Assembly (NCBI RefSeq): GCF_002571385.2
Contig: NW_019217919.1
Coordinates: 168,265 to 232,264, forward strand
From: Stylophora pistillata
Lineage: Eukaryota
Length of the DNA: 64,000 nt
Reading direction: 5' to 3'
Part shown: positions 14,401 to 28,362 of the stretch, piece by piece
Numbering within the stretch: position 1 is the first letter of the stretch
Layout: every line of letters begins with the position of its first letter
The notes under the pieces: model-generated
The model's database searches: none
What the model saw: the letters and a program-made list of their open reading frames with translations, nothing else
What the model was told of the DNA's origin: nothing
Translations under genes and position numbers: made by a program

Positions 14401-14772
14401 TTCGATCTCAGATTTTTTATTTCATCCAATCTCAGTGGTCATAAGCCAATTGTTCACCTTCAACAGAATGCTGCTCTGAAACTGCTCGTTTAGCATGACT
14501 ATTAAGAACTAACTGGTCATTCATGTTACTAAAAAGTGTCACGCGAGGGATTCTGAAATCACTATGAGGTCTCATAGTTTTTTCTTACTGTTGATTTACA
14601 GGAAGCGATTGCGCGCGGTCTGAAGGCAGATGAATGGGTAAAGTCAGTGTCCGAACTGATTGGTGGAAAATGTGGCGGGAAGGACCTGTCTGCGCAGGGA
14701 TCTGGGCCAAACGTTGGCTGTGTAAAGAAAGCTGTAGAGACTGCGACAAATTTTGCGCAACAAAAACTTTAA
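2456..14772 (+). CDS. AARS1: Alanine--tRNA ligase (cytosolic type), about 20 exons; in-frame starts at 2456 and 2558
   Basis: Exon peptides [108 protein letters not shown], editing motifs NNHTATH and EFCGGTH, C-terminal GGKCGGK; GT-AG introns; TAA at 14770-14772. Confidence 0.97.
3140..3545 (+). mobile_element. 3' end of a non-LTR retrotransposon (CR1/L2-group) in AARS1 intron 1
   Basis: Residual ORF2 tail [30 protein letters not shown], followed by AATAAA and an (ATG)n tail. Confidence 0.65.
6625..6686. repeat. Short tandem repeat, ~15-bp unit CTCTCTCCGCCCACT x4
   Basis: Directly visible. Confidence 0.8.
11585..11810. repeat. Interspersed repeat; related copy at ~12445-12705
   Basis: Both copies share GCGCGGGAAAAC...TCTGATTGGTTGAGA...AATCACA blocks. 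Confidence 0.6.
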
Positions 14773-15597
14773 ACTTCATGACAACTAAGCTCGATTTAGG
14801 AAATTTTTATGCAATCGAAATCGAAGACGTATGCTTCAATGCAATAGTATTTAAATGTTTTGCGAGGTAAGACAGATAGTCGTGGAGCAAAGCAAACACA
14901 GGATATGTTTGGTAGTAGCAGTATTAAGTGGGGAAAACTTTAAAACCAGAGGAATCGAAACTCGCCACAAGGCTGCTCTGTCGATTTTCGATCCTGTAAA
15001 TTTCACCGCCCAATTTTACGTGGTACTGAAAACTGGTTAATATTACGACTACGAAGTAAAGAACTAGTTAATAAAATGTTTTCATTATTCATTAACTCAG
15101 TTGCATGTTATTTTATTTTCAAACCACTTCCCGACGCCTAGACGGATATTTTTAAGCGTTTACTGATTCCGTCCAAGTCAAATAGAGGTATTTGAAGACG
15201 GCCAAGACCGCAGATTTTATGAGCGGGTGGTCGAATGGCGGGGTGTCTTGGCACGACCAGACAATTTTTACTTCGGGGCAGGGTTAAGGAACGATAAAAA
15301 GGAATTTTTTTTCTTCATGATTCACGTTTTAGTTTCAGAAATTTTACTCTTTTCTCTTCACCTTGCCATGAAGGAACGATGTGAAACGCTTATTCTTATT
15401 ATTATTACCAATTAAGAGAAGTAGGAAGAAAGGTGTGCAACCGCGGGTTTCGAAACCTGCCCTGTCCAAGCAAAGACACTTGTTTAACTTTCGAACCTGT
15501 TTCATTGGTATTTGTTTTCTCCACACTGATCTCTCTACATTTCTTCCGGTAAAGACAACGAGAATTTGTTTGAAATCAGGGGTTTCTCAGATTGATT

Positions 15598-16085
15598 ATC
15601 ATTTCATTTTATTTATTTATTAGCTTCGCCAAAAAACAAACAAACAGACAACAGAAAAAACCGTTGGCGGGGACACCACAACAGCTGTGGCCAATTACAG
15701 CGGGCCCGGACACTAATAAAACAAGAAATACTAAAAAGCACAGTAATACAAAAGAAACAACAGCTACATACAACAAGTTATTGGACGAGACAAGGGACGA
15801 ACACTATTACATTTTAAGCAGATAGACTTGAACGAACGTGGGTCTTCACAATCATGGGAAACAGCTAACGCAGAGTTATAATAATTAAAAATAACCGATT
15901 TAAAAGAAGCTAAGGTCAAAAAGCTCAAATCTAGTTCATCTGCTAAACAATTCCAAATTCTACTAGTTCTAATGAGGAAGGATTTTTGGTACGTACTTGT
16001 TTTACACTTCTTAATTATGTATTTATTAACATTACTGGTTGAGGATCTAGCATGTCTCCCGTATTTGCGAACTTCAGGTTGGACA
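15598..16085 (-). mobile_element. 3' end of a non-LTR retrotransposon
   Basis: ORF2 tail CKTSTYQKSFLIRTSRIWNCL...LASFK, followed by a 3' UTR and an AATAAATAAA-type tail. Confidence 0.7.
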
Positions 16086-16358
16086 GCGGAGTTCACGTTA
16101 ACAACGGCCGTGTGTCAAAAAAAAGGATTAGATCTAAAATTTCATGCCAGTAACAAATAGGTATTAGGTTTAGGGTGTGTAAGCGAGACTTATAGCTTAT
16201 ATTAGAAGAATAAGGTAATTTTAAGATAAACTTAGTCGCGCGTCTTTGGGTACGCTCAAGCTTGACAATGTGCTCGATGGACTGTGGGACTTCCCTGTCG
16301 TGCCGTTTGTATTTTATTCAATGGTGATACTCTAAGGAGAAACTAGAAGCCAATCGCT

Positions 16359-16718
16359 TAGGCCTTTATAGATTATGCTCGCATAATTTTTGGCATAATT
16401 TGAGCAAACTTGCATAATTTCTGCCATAAGCACTTGGTGACGTTATTCGATATTTTAAGTTTTAGTTCAAGTAGTAGCATTTGTAGTTCACTGTGAATCA
16501 CTGAGCGGCGTCTGAAAAAGTGTGAGCCCGGGTTAACATAAACCACGTGTTTATTTGAATTTCATTGTGGATTTGTTGCATTTCTTTCTTGTAGACCAAC
16601 GGCTTCTTATTAAAAAATGAATTTTTTGGACTTATTTGCAATTTTTTCAAAGAGCATAATTTTAGTATAATTTCGCCACAAAAAAAGCAATGCTACCAGC
16701 ATAATCTATAAAGACCTA
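16359..16718. mobile_element. MITE with ~21-bp terminal inverted repeats ending in TA, ~120 bp upstream of the TMPPE ATG
   Basis: TAGGCCTTTATAGATTATGCT at 16359 and AGCATAATCTATAAAGACCTA ending at 16718 (1 mismatch). Confidence 0.8.
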
Positions 16719-16834
16719 CAGTCGCTCCTGGGGGTTTATAAGGGATTATCAACGTAGTTGATGCGGAAGTTGTAGTAATGAGACCATGAGGAGTTTTGGC
16801 GCGCCTGGGAGCTTGGGACTGAACTTGTTCCAAT

Positions 16835-18722
16835 ATGGCGTCAGGAAAGAGTTCCAAATTTGACAAAGTTCTTGTCGTTGTGGGCGCAGTCGTGAGCATA
16901 AATGTAGTTTCAATCATTGGAACCTACTTCTTGGACATAAAGGAGAAAACTAAGTATAAACTTATCCTGATTCAAAGCTTGCTGGCAACACAATCGCTCT
17001 TGTTTTTCACATCAAGATATTTATGGTTACGTTTATGTTCTCCACTTTTCAATTCTCCTTCCGTTCAAAACAGAATTATTTTCCTTCTTTTGATCGTGGT
17101 TCTCATCTTAGCCCAAGGAAGTATTATGCTGGGGACTATATTTTCTGGAGTTGAGCCGCATTGGATTTCTTTGTTGTCTTACATATGTTTAGGATTATTT
17201 GTACTGTTGACAACGGCGACTTTTCTTTCTGATTTCGTGACGTGGCTGTTTGGAGCTGTAAACACGCGTTCCGGTTCACTTACAACAAAGTCACGCTATG
17301 CAAGATTTCACGTCATCGGAATCATCATTATTTCATGTGTATTGGCGATGGTAGCACTACATAATGGCCTCAAAGAACCGCTCGTGAAGAACATCAAACT
17401 ACCCGTTAAGAATCTTCCTCCAGAATTAAATGGATTCACAATTGTTCACCTTCCTGATCTGCACGTTGGGCCCACTGTAGGGAAGGCCATGCTGGAAAAA
17501 ACAGTTCGAGCAGCAAATCAATTAAACCCAGATGTTATTGCCTTAACTGGAGATCTGGTTGATTCAACTGTGTATCAGATTCGACAGGCAGTAAAACCAC
17601 TGCTTAAGTTAAAAGCAAGATATGGTGTTTATTTTGTGACAGGTATAGAGAAAATACTCTGCAGTTTGCTTTTTTAAGTGGTCCTTTAGTTCCAGTCATC
17701 CAAGTCAATTACTCTGCTACTGCTGGTGCTTATCCCAAAATAAAATGACCAGGAGTACAAAATTACTACCTCTCCAAGATGGGAAACTCAGGTTCATCAT
17801 AGGTACCTTCCTGGCAATTTGTCAAGTTTTCCTGGTAGTTTGTTAGTATTCATTCACACTCTTGAAATGTGAAAGGTACAGCAAGAGTCTAGTGATATTC
17901 CTAATAGCAGACACTTTGACCAAGCGAGGGCGTAAAACAGGACCTTTCAATTCAAAGTCCTTTTTTTGATCTTGATTCCAGGTTGAACATACACAACAGT
18001 CCCCTTGTTACATACTAGAGAAAGGTACATGATAAGTGAGTGTGGAGACTATCAATATGATGTGCTTTTCATTTGTTAGGAAACCACGAGTATTACACTG
18101 GTGATGTTGATGGTTGGCTAAAAGAGCTGGAATATCTTGGTGTGACACCTCTGCACAATTCTCATGTTATGTTAACACATCCGGACAAGCCCCATGCAAA
18201 AATTTTCCTCGCTGGTGTAGATGATGTAGAAGGTGGATTTCTGAGGTGTGTTATCTAATGATGATACATTTTTACTGTTTAATTTTGTAATTGTCATTAT
18301 AATTGCAAATTGCTATGGGTACTTTAGAAATGAAATTTAGCTGAATTCTAATATAAACTTAAGGCATAAAATAATTTTCTCTTCAAATTAGATCTGGAGA
18401 TCACGGTAGTGATTTAACCAAAGCACTGAAAGGAGTTGACAAAAACATTCCTACAATTCTACTTGCTCACAGACCTAAAGTAGCTAAGCTTGCCTTGGAT
18501 GATTACAGTGTAGATGTTGTCCTTGCTGGCCATACACATGGAGGGCAGTTATTTCCAATACATCTGTGGCACTTGGTCAGGGAACCATACTTTGCAGGAT
18601 TGTACCAACATAAGTCAGGATCATATGTTTATGTATCTAGTGGAGTCCATTTCTGGGGCATGCCAATGAGATTATGGTCTGAGGCAGAAATCACTCATGT
18701 CACTTTAACTACTACAAGTTAA
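16835..18722 (+). CDS. TMPPE: Transmembrane protein with metallophosphoesterase domain; exons 16835-17642, 18080-18245, 18392-18722
   Basis: Multiple N-terminal TM helices; calcineurin-like motifs DLH, TGDLVD, GNHEYY, LLAH, AGHTHGGQ; reading frame is continuous across GT-AG introns. Confidence 0.92.
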
Positions 18723-19101
18723 ATTACTTTTGTCTCAGTTTGTTTTTCCTATGACGATTTGTTTAAATACATTGTGCAACAGTTCAAATATATGATATTC
18801 ATATATTCACAGTTGTTCAATCATTACTAACAGGTTTTTAAGAAAAATGACCAGCTCCAAGTTGGCTTGTCAAATCTATAGACTGATACAACAAAGGAAA
18901 TAACTTTATTTACAAAACAAATTACATAGATTTATGCAATACAAAGAAATTAATATAAAATGTACAACATGCATTGACTTTTTTTTATTGGAACACAAAA
19001 TAGAAAAAATCTTGTATTAGGACAGGCTTACATGTATTTTTTTATCATAGGTTGTAAAAAATGTGAGACACCTTAAAAGAACATAATTTGAAATAAAAGG
19101 T

Positions 19102-22100
19102 TCATTCCATTCCAGAGGAGAAGTCTATTCTACAAATTATTGGTTTGGGAGTTGTGGAATCTGCTACTACCACTTCCTGTCCATCAGTCAGGCCAATATC
19201 TAAAAAGAAAAGTAAATTTGTAGTTTGTTGTGTTACTGAGCCTCAAGCAGTGTGGAAAGAACCAAATGTGTGTGCATTTCCTTCAGGAGAGGGGGTATTG
19301 AGACCTATTAGAAACTGCAAAACCGAAGAAAAAAATCATCCAAAATCGAAAAACTGAAACAAAAATTGATCAAAACCAAAATCCGCAAACCACAATGAAC
19401 ATCAAAACCAAAATCCGCAAACCACAATGAACATCAAAACCGAAAAACTTAAGTTTCTTAGCACAAAAACCAAAATACCACCCTAAAAAAATAATAGCCA
19501 AAACCACAAAAACTGAAAATCCCAATGCCTCCTTCCTTCAGGTAGTCACGTTCATGAAAGGGACAAAATGTATCATTTTATTTCAATTTGCTTACATACA
19601 AGACATTTTCAAAATTGCTGATCTTAACAGAATGCAGGACACTTGTTACTCATCAACAAGCTCTCTGTATCTATAAAGATTGAGAACAAGACCCTAAATC
19701 AAAACTTCACAAAATCGGAGGACAACCAGACTTAAAAGGTAGTATTACTTTTAATGTATGGTACTAATTCACACAATTTCCATACCTTTTAACTTCTTGG
19801 GTAGATTTTGTTTTGTCCTCTCCTCAATAGACTTCACTGTCTACAACAATAAAAATATCACAAGAAAGCATTGTAAGACTCAATTTATGATAGCCATAAT
19901 GATTCATTACAAATCTATGAATGAGCACAACATTTACCGTATTATGATTGATGTGAATAATGTTCTTAAGGAGTAATAGCTGTATTTCTGATGGATACAC
20001 TTCTCTCAGGGGTATCTGATTCTCTGTTGGGATTAGCTTAAATTCCAATTCCTATAAAACATTACCTGCATGTACAAGGTTTTGTTTTTTCCATCAATTA
20101 CAGTTGTGAGACCAGGTGCCTTCATCTGACTGTTGGAGAAAAACAATTGAATTAAAATAAGATCAACTTTCACTTTAATCCCCACAATCTATTCAAACTT
20201 ACTATGTCTGGCTCTCTGTCAGAATATCAATCAGGGATTTTAGGGTGGCATCCTCAGGCAAGGTTAATACTTGAGGTCGTTGACTACAAGCTGGGCAGTC
20301 ATCCTTGAAGAACAAACCACAATCATCAGTCCTACAACCTTCTATCACTAGTCCTGATATTTGTGGATAAATGATAAAGCTGAATATTCTGCCAAGCAAA
20401 GTTTCTGTTGTGTTTTCTATAATTTCTGCACCAAACTTAAGGGGGGAGGACAGTGACCCCTCTGCCCCCTTTTCACCCTCCTACATTTATGCCAAAGTCC
20501 CCTATCTCCCTTTTCCACCATCTAAAGGTCAATTCTAACAACAGTCATTCTTGGGAATTATAGTTTCTAGGGGCCAAGAATAGAATAGAGAAATCAACCT
20601 GAGTGTGTGATTCATTTACAATTGAAGACATCCAGTAGCCAATGTTACCTTTTTCTCAGCCTCAAAAGTGTATGTGTACAGTCCATCAGTATCATTAAAC
20701 ACCATGTAGTTGTTCAGTGGGTTACAGCAACTGGTTAATGGAAAAAATAAACATGGAATTGAAAAGGGATTACCTGTGAGCTAACTGAGCTGAGACACTG
20801 AGTTCCTGAAGCAATAAGGAGTGTGGTTTTGCACCAGGAAACATTCTCTACTGCTCTGCTGAAGTGACAGGTAATATTGACCTATTGCAAAGCTGAGACT
20901 ATAGGAGCTAAGGAAAAGATGTGCTTTGTCTTGGTGTACTAACCTTTAATAGGCAGTGATTGGCAGAGGCAGAGAAAGGAGGGCATATACAGGACTTCAG
21001 CTAGCATCACAAGCAAATAAAAATCATAATACTCCGCAGTTAGGGTATGGGAATTTCATATATTAAGCAATTTTGTAATTTACAAAGTACACCCTTCTCC
21101 TGTGCCACCTCTGTTTATTGGCTTAAAATTATTAGCTATCATTGATAATTAATTATAGCAAAGTTTTTCCGGTCACCAAGTAAACTATCATGATACAAAA
21201 ATAAACAAATAAACCATACCTGGATACCAGCTTGAACACCTCAAGAGCACAAGCAGCTGGAACAAATCAAAATGAAATAGAGGAAAGAACCCAGTGAACT
21301 ATTTAGTAGGACCTTAGAAGCCAAGATAGCCTAAACTAAACCATTTTAAAGTTCATTTTGCAACACCATTCTACACTGGTCACAAATGCCCTACATAGGT
21401 TTAGTTGAATAACAGATTCTCCTTTAATAGAACTATCATAACTCAAGACAAGCCTGCATGCAAGAGATATCAAATTGGAAATCATGTTGACAGTGATCAG
21501 CAGTTATGCAAATGCAAGTTTGAAAACCAATATCCGCAAACTTATCAATTTACACATGCAATTTAATGCAGAATTCTCTCAGCTGGTAATGAATTTTTCC
21601 ATAGAATTAGTTAAAAAACTTTATATTAATATATGTCCCAGTCTTCAATCTCTATCCCATATCCCATGGCAGGTCCTTGAAAAGAAGTCATATAACCTTT
21701 CATGGTAGTACAGATTTTTGAGAGTGGTTCCACCCTATGGAATCTGTAATTCAAGCTCACTTAGAAGTGAACCACTTTGAGTCAATTTACCTGCAATGAC
21801 AGCATTGGTGGATGCTACAGCAGGAATAATATGCTTTACTACACCTAGAGGAAGTGAAAAGCCAGATGTCAAAGCCTTTGTCTTGAATATCAGGCAGAGA
21901 AAAATGGAATTGCAAAAGATTTAATAAGAATAATCAGTGTTGTGCAGCAACTTAACTTCTTGTTATTAAATTTTTGTTTGTGCCCAATTGACTTTGTACA
22001 GAAACCTGAGAAACAATATTTTAAAACTGACTTACTAAAGGAAGCAACAGACCATGCCTAAATACCAAGGAGTGGTTTCTTTGACCATATGTTACAGGTA

Positions 22101-25100
22101 ATCAACAGGTAGTTCCTCTAAGTGCTCACCTTGTGTTAGTCTGTATGTCACTCCCTGGATGTTAAAACTATCTGCCCTTTCTTTAGCTTTGTCATAAATC
22201 CACTGAACATGGGTGGGGTCATCTCCATCAACGGGCACACCCTCTAACAAAAGCAAATGCCATTTACTTAATCAGTGACATACGACTCTTGCAAAAATAG
22301 CCTCTGCAAAGCCCTCTACCAGAATCAATAGTCAAAGAAAATGTTCATAACTCAAAATGAAAGAGTGATACCTCCAAAGGGATGTTCTTGTGGCCAAACT
22401 AATACCTTGGCATATTCCACACAGTGTTCTGGCATACGAGGAGTGTGCGCAATAGTGCACAAAGGAAAGTTAACCTATGAGACAAACAATAATAAACTAC
22501 TCAATCAACAGCACTAGTCATTGAGGCCAAGAAGAATAACCTACATTGATGAGAAGAAATAACAATTAGGCCCATCAATTATGAAAGATGTATATAAATC
22601 AATTAATAAAACTATAACTTACTTGTGGTGGATAGAGATCAAGTGTGCACTCCACACATGCCGTTAAACCTGGTATAATAACTCGTGCATTACCTTTAAA
22701 ACCTGTACAATTTATCACCATTATAAGAAAAGGAAAAAACATATTAAAAATATATAAACTGGTGTGTAATCAGTTTCCCATTTCATGCTCAACATCTCTT
22801 AAAATCCTGGTGTGGACCTTTAGCAACGCAGTATCATCTGAGGCTTTTCCCTTCAGAGAATTCCTACTTTGGCCCAATTACATACAACATGCCAGGGAGA
22901 TATTACATGTATCTGGGACATCATGACAAAAGCAATTGTCATCCCAAGGAAATAACATAACAATGACCTTTTCCAGATTTCCTTGTCAATGATGGAATCC
23001 CAGCAGTTCACACCACATTCTACCAGTCTATCTCAAGATGATCAGTGGTAAACTAAATATGGGCACATTAAGAGGACAACTGTGCACAATTATTATAAAT
23101 TTAACTTAATTTAAGCATTAAGAGGAAATTCACAGAGAGTTCAAATTTTCTTGAGTCTTGCCTTCTGTTCCACCATCTACCATGGGAATAATACTAGTCT
23201 GATCCAGTGTGCCATCATCTTCATACTCTAACAGACTAAGCTGCAACCAAACCAGAGTTTGGATTCCTTTCAAAAACTTTACTGTGATTCTTAAGGCTAG
23301 AACTGTAAAATTTATAATCATCTTATGAGTGCTGGGGAAGTAAAATAGAGTTTCAAACTTGGGGTAAATTGATTCTAATATCAAATACAATTATTGAAAA
23401 TAACAGTGGAAATGAAGTTCCGGCTCCCGGTTAGCTCAAGGGATAGAGCGCTGGACTGTAGTGCGGGAGGTCGAGGGTTCANNNNNNNNNNNNNNNNNNN
23501 NNNNNNNNNNNNNNNNNNNNNNNNNNNNNNNNNNNNNNNNNNNNNNNNNNNNNNNNNNNNNNNNNNNNNNNNNNNCTACCTTTCTATAACATCAAGAAAT
23601 GGTTAGATATTCTAGTCTTCTCGGATAGGGACGAATAAATGGAGGTCCCGTCTCCTGCAGGGTTGGGGCAGGAGACGTTAATTTCTCACACACGAGATTA
23701 CTGTGTGATGGATGTCCTCGCCTGGGGTGGGATGGGTGGGTTAGGACAGCAGGTCCACATCAGCTATTACAGCTGCCAATTAATCAACCTGCTTAAACAA
23801 ATAAATGAACTTCAACTTCAACTTCAAGCTAACTCTTACCACCATTCCATTTATCCATCTCCTTGCCACAATGGAATCTAATCCACAGACTATGAGGTGA
23901 AATCCTGCCATTAAGAATGGATGAATAAATGATCTACAGTAGTGCAAACAAGACACAAGTACACAAATCCTTCAGATATGAATGACTGTTACAATAAATT
24001 ACTTAATATGAATAAATCAAATAATATTTAACATTCTTTACATCTGACCAGCACTTAACACTCAATGTTTCATTTTGCAATTTTCAGTTTTCTATAAATC
24101 CTGTTGATTCAACTAACCTCTATAAAAATCTGCATCATGGTCTTGAATCTTTTTAAAATGTCTGTAAAAAAACTTGTCAAAGAAATTAAAGACAGAGCTT
24201 ATTTTTACCTACAGTGCATTATGCCTGTCGAGAAATCTGAGTCAAAGGTAAAAGATTTTCAGAAATTTCCTAGACTGAGAAGTTTATCTGAAGGCCACCA
24301 AAAACTTTCTTAACATGCTCAAAATAGTTAGAGTTGTCCTCTACACCATGGTTTCAGCTAATATTTAATGATTCCCATATACTTTTTTCACTTTGTAAAA
24401 CATTTCTCTTGATTATAAGAGTTAGCACTGCCAGTAACTGCCTCAATCCAATATTTCCTTGAGTAAGCCCAAAGGAACCTATTTCAAATTTGGACAGAAA
24501 GAAGGGGCGCAAAGCAGAAGGAATGCACTTAATTGAGAAGTACGTCTGTTCTATTTAAGAATTATTGACCTGTACTGATTCCCTTGTAGTTGAAGTGTAA
24601 AAGTTCAAATAAAGTGACAACAGAAACAAGTTACGGCAAGAAACAAGTAGCAAGTTATGAATTCAAAGGATACGGAGTAACATTGCAGCCTGCCACTCTA
24701 CTGTTGATAAACTCTGCAGCTACAATAGCTTTGGGTTTTCCTATATCTTTTGGTCTTAAATAAAGAAAAGACAGAACATCACGTGTCAGAAACATTGTGC
24801 CCTTACAAGAAACAACATGCACTAAAAATGTTTATCTGATGAGGGCATATTTGATCCACATTGACCAATCAGAGTTCTTTGTTTCCTCAGCTTAGCCACC
24901 AGGTAAAGTTTACTCAAATGGAGTAAACTTCACCATCAGTGGTTTGCAAAAGAGAGCAATTGTATGTACAGCTGCATGAGTAAAACATGATAATATTCAT
25001 TCAATCACCCCTTCTTTGAATTGAACTATAGCATTTTGAGGTAAAATGAGGCATGAAAATGATCAGTGTACAATTAGGATTTATGCAAAACATAAATTTC

Positions 25101-28060
25101 AGAACATAAGTCACCTAGGTAAGGATTTGAAAAAAGAATTCAAAACAGCTGCATTTAATTTTTGTAGAAAGTTTAGAAACTCCCAAAGAAAACTAATAAT
25201 ACTCCATTAAAAAAGGTTACCTGAACAAAAACTGTCTATTTAGGTTTGAAACATCTATTGTGTCCATATCAATAACATCTATGTTCCTAAATCCACACAA
25301 CGCCTGCCAAGAAAAGACGTCAACCATTACTTCAAACTTGTTTTAACCTTGAAGTCCCCAGATCCAATAATTACTTCTCCCCACTGGCTGCTATGCTGTT
25401 GCTTGATAATTAAACAGAGGAATTAAGTTTTAGATCAACAAAACATCCTCTAGCTGATAAGCTTGTTGTCTCATAATCTGTTTGCAAGATAACATATTGG
25501 AATGGGATGGAGACATTACAAGTTAATCACTCACAGAGAGGAGGGGAGGTTTAAAAGGTTATGCAATAATTAAATAATAAGCATTTTTAGTATAATTTCG
25601 GAGCTGAGCAAAGAGTTTCCAGCAATCTGATTGGTAGAGCGGTTTCTTATATGACTCTACATAAACCGCTCCACGTGGTTTCTATAACATGTTAAAATAA
25701 AAAGTTAATAAATGTTACTAAAATGTTATGATTTTAGAAATTTCTCTGTTGTTCAGCTCTGAAATTATACTAAAACAATTATTCGCCTCACATTCAGTAA
25801 ATATTGTCGAATAATCCCCTCAACTTGGTCTCGGGGATTATTCGACAATATTCACCTCGCCTTTGGCGAACAATTGTTAAATATAAGAAACTAAATAAGC
25901 ACTCACCCAAATAACAAAATAGCATAGTATGAAAATTATCACTCCAGGGTGCAGTTGTATAAAAAGAGGATAATGCTATCCAATGGATAAATGGCTATCC
26001 AGCTGATGAGTGATAGCAAAATGTACTACGCTATCCACTGGAGAGAGATTTATCTAAAGGATAGCATTGTCCAATCCTTGAACAACCAGGGCCAGTCCTC
26101 TACAAAAAATTATTTGAGGCCTTTGACTCAAAAAAGTTGGTAATCCAAGAAATATAAAAAAGCAACAAGACATGCCCTTCTTTGTAAAGTCAATACTCAC
26201 TAGATCTTTCAGTAATTCACAGCCTAATCCTCCTGCTCCAATAACCAGAATTTTAGCAGTATCAAGCATAAATTCAAGAACCTAGGAAAGAAAAGGTGAG
26301 ACAGACTTAATTTTTTAATATCTTTCATTTATTCTCACTCTATTCGCAGTACAAAAACATGGTCTATTCAATGCACGATGGAAATGATGCACATCATATA
26401 CAACCTTTAAAGTATAAAATATCCTTCTAATTGTGGCAAGTGCGTCCATCTAACTGCTGCCCATGTTTCTGTTTTTAAATGAATAGAATCTTGCCCAAAT
26501 ATCCTTTCAAAAAATAGTGCAAGAAATGCTGCTAACTGTTGCACTGAGTTTGACAATTTTTCTTTCCTTTCATGAAGACACAAAAACACTTCTAATACCA
26601 ATGTATCATGAAGGGTTTAAAAGCATCTGCAGAGTACCTTATAAATTCAATTTAACTCAGATTGCCATGATTCTGAAGAAGAAACTTCAATCACGTGCTT
26701 GTGGGGAAATAAGGGGAAAAGAACCTCCACCTTTTTTCTGTCCTTCTTCCTTCTCTCTTTAATTTGTTAGTTTCATCCCCTTCTTCCCTTTCCCTCCCCT
26801 CAAACTGAATTTGATCTCATTAATCATTATATAAAAAAAAATAATAGGTATTATTAAAAACTAGATCATTGGATAACGCAAGACTTTTCACTGGCTTAGC
26901 TATTATGGTATATGAGCCAATAAACCATAATCTACAAATATGGTAAGCGTATGCATCAGCTGAAAATTAAAAGGGAGCAAAAAAATTGAATAAAATTGAA
27001 TAATTCAATTTAGTGTTTTTAATAAAACAATTATTCCACTCACGCTTGTTGGATATGAGATGATTATAGCAAACTCCGCGCTATACGCCTCATTGGCTAT
27101 CCATCATCTCATATCCAATGCGTGCTTGTGGAACAAAAAGTAGGGGGTACAGTATTACATTGTCAAAGTGGTCCACTGAGCTGGTATACCTGTGGTCCAG
27201 GTTCAAAGTCTTGATGAGCCAAAGGCCCACTCCTTAACAAGAGTCGCTGAACATGACTCCATCTGCCTGACCAGTCACCTTTATTTTCTACCACCATTCT
27301 GAAGATATACATTCACATTACTTCTCAGAGCAAGAGAAAAGTCTTGCAGAGAATTTGTTTTAACTGTCTTTAACCCTTTAACTGCCAGGATCTGATTGGT
27401 AGTTCGTGCCTCTAGCTGCTACACATTTTCTTGTAAATTAGTTACAAGAATTTGGTGTTAGATCAAGAAAATAACTTTGTGTATTCTCAATACCTTATTG
27501 CATTTTTAAATATCTATCTCTAAAACTTTTTTAGTTATTCCCCAAAGTTACTTGTACGTCTCACTGAACACGGTTCAAAGCCAAGAGATGAAAAAAAAAA
27601 TTGATGCATAATAATTGCAGTGTCTTAATTATTTGGAGTTACCAAATAATGGTTAATAGTTTGTCACACTTTGCCCATAAAATCCCTCACTCCCTTGCTG
27701 TTTACATGGGTAATTATCCAGCCAAGATAACAATGGATGTTTTTTTAATGATTGCCATCATATCCTCCATCTGTGATATTGTTGGAAAACCTATACATTT
27801 TTAAAATAACTCAGGCTTGTGACGGATTTCTACGTTGCACATTTTGAAAATAAAAGATATTCTTTCTGTTTCATACCACACAATCTTTGGGCTGCGCGAT
27901 TCCAGTGACACAACTAGGGTTCCATGTAAGCATAAATCGAAACGATGGCACATCTTAATGGCTAGCAACAGTTACACAAAACACAAACCTAGTATTCGTA
28001 AAAATAAGTTTACAATAAGGCTACATACGGAGTTTCCGAAGAATTCTCCTCTACCTCCAT
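19102..28060 (-). CDS. UBA3: NEDD8-activating enzyme E1 catalytic subunit, multi-exon
   Basis: ATG at 28060; exon peptides [82 protein letters not shown], catalytic [30 protein letters not shown]; TGA at 19104-19102. Confidence 0.95.
23423..23760 (+). mobile_element. tRNA-derived SINE, probably of Nin/Deu-core type, interrupted by an N-gap
   Basis: tRNA-like head TAGCTCAAGGGATAGAGCG...GAGGGTTC; core AATGGTTAGATATTCTAGTCTTCTCGGATAGGGACGA resembles the Nin/Deu conserved domain (recalled, not searched). Confidence 0.65.
24162..24673 (-). other. U12-type (minor spliceosome) GT-AG intron in UBA3
   Basis: Donor CC|GTATCCTTT; branch-like TTCTTTGAC shortly before the acceptor AG; flanking exons join in frame (VTP|HFKKIQD). 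Confidence 0.85.
25585..25882. repeat. Hairpin-ended interspersed repeat; copies at ~46668-46966 and partially at ~52203-52283
   Basis: High identity between copies; long inverted repeat AATATTGTCGAATAATCCC...GGGATTATTCGACAATATT. Confidence 0.8.
25944..26095. mobile_element. Short MITE-like element; related termini at 30845-31081
   Basis: Imperfect inverted termini CAGGG..CAGTTGT / ACAACCAGGGCCAG and internal GGATA/TATCC palindromes. Confidence 0.55.
26850..27133. repeat. Second hairpin-ended interspersed repeat
   Basis: Inverted repeat TTGGATATGAGATGA...TCATCTCATATCCAA with outer CCAC/GTGG arms. Confidence 0.6.
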
Positions 28061-28362
28061 TATGCCCAGCTGCAACCAGCGGCCAACAAGGCAGCCGCGC
28101 CTCGTTAACAAGAAATTGAGTGACCGAGCCTTCGAGACACAACCATGGATGACGTCTGGAGCTAAAAAGTTACTTATTTCATTTCCCCTTCCCATGGAGG
28201 AAAAGATTATCCAATAGAAGACAAGGCCGTCAGCTACGAAAATAACTCTGCAGAATTAGCACTCTATTTGATTTATATTGGAGAACTCTGCTGTGTTTAT
28301 AACTCTGACACATTCATCGAGCTTTAAAGAAGACGGCAGAAGCGAAAATAAGGTAGCAGAGC

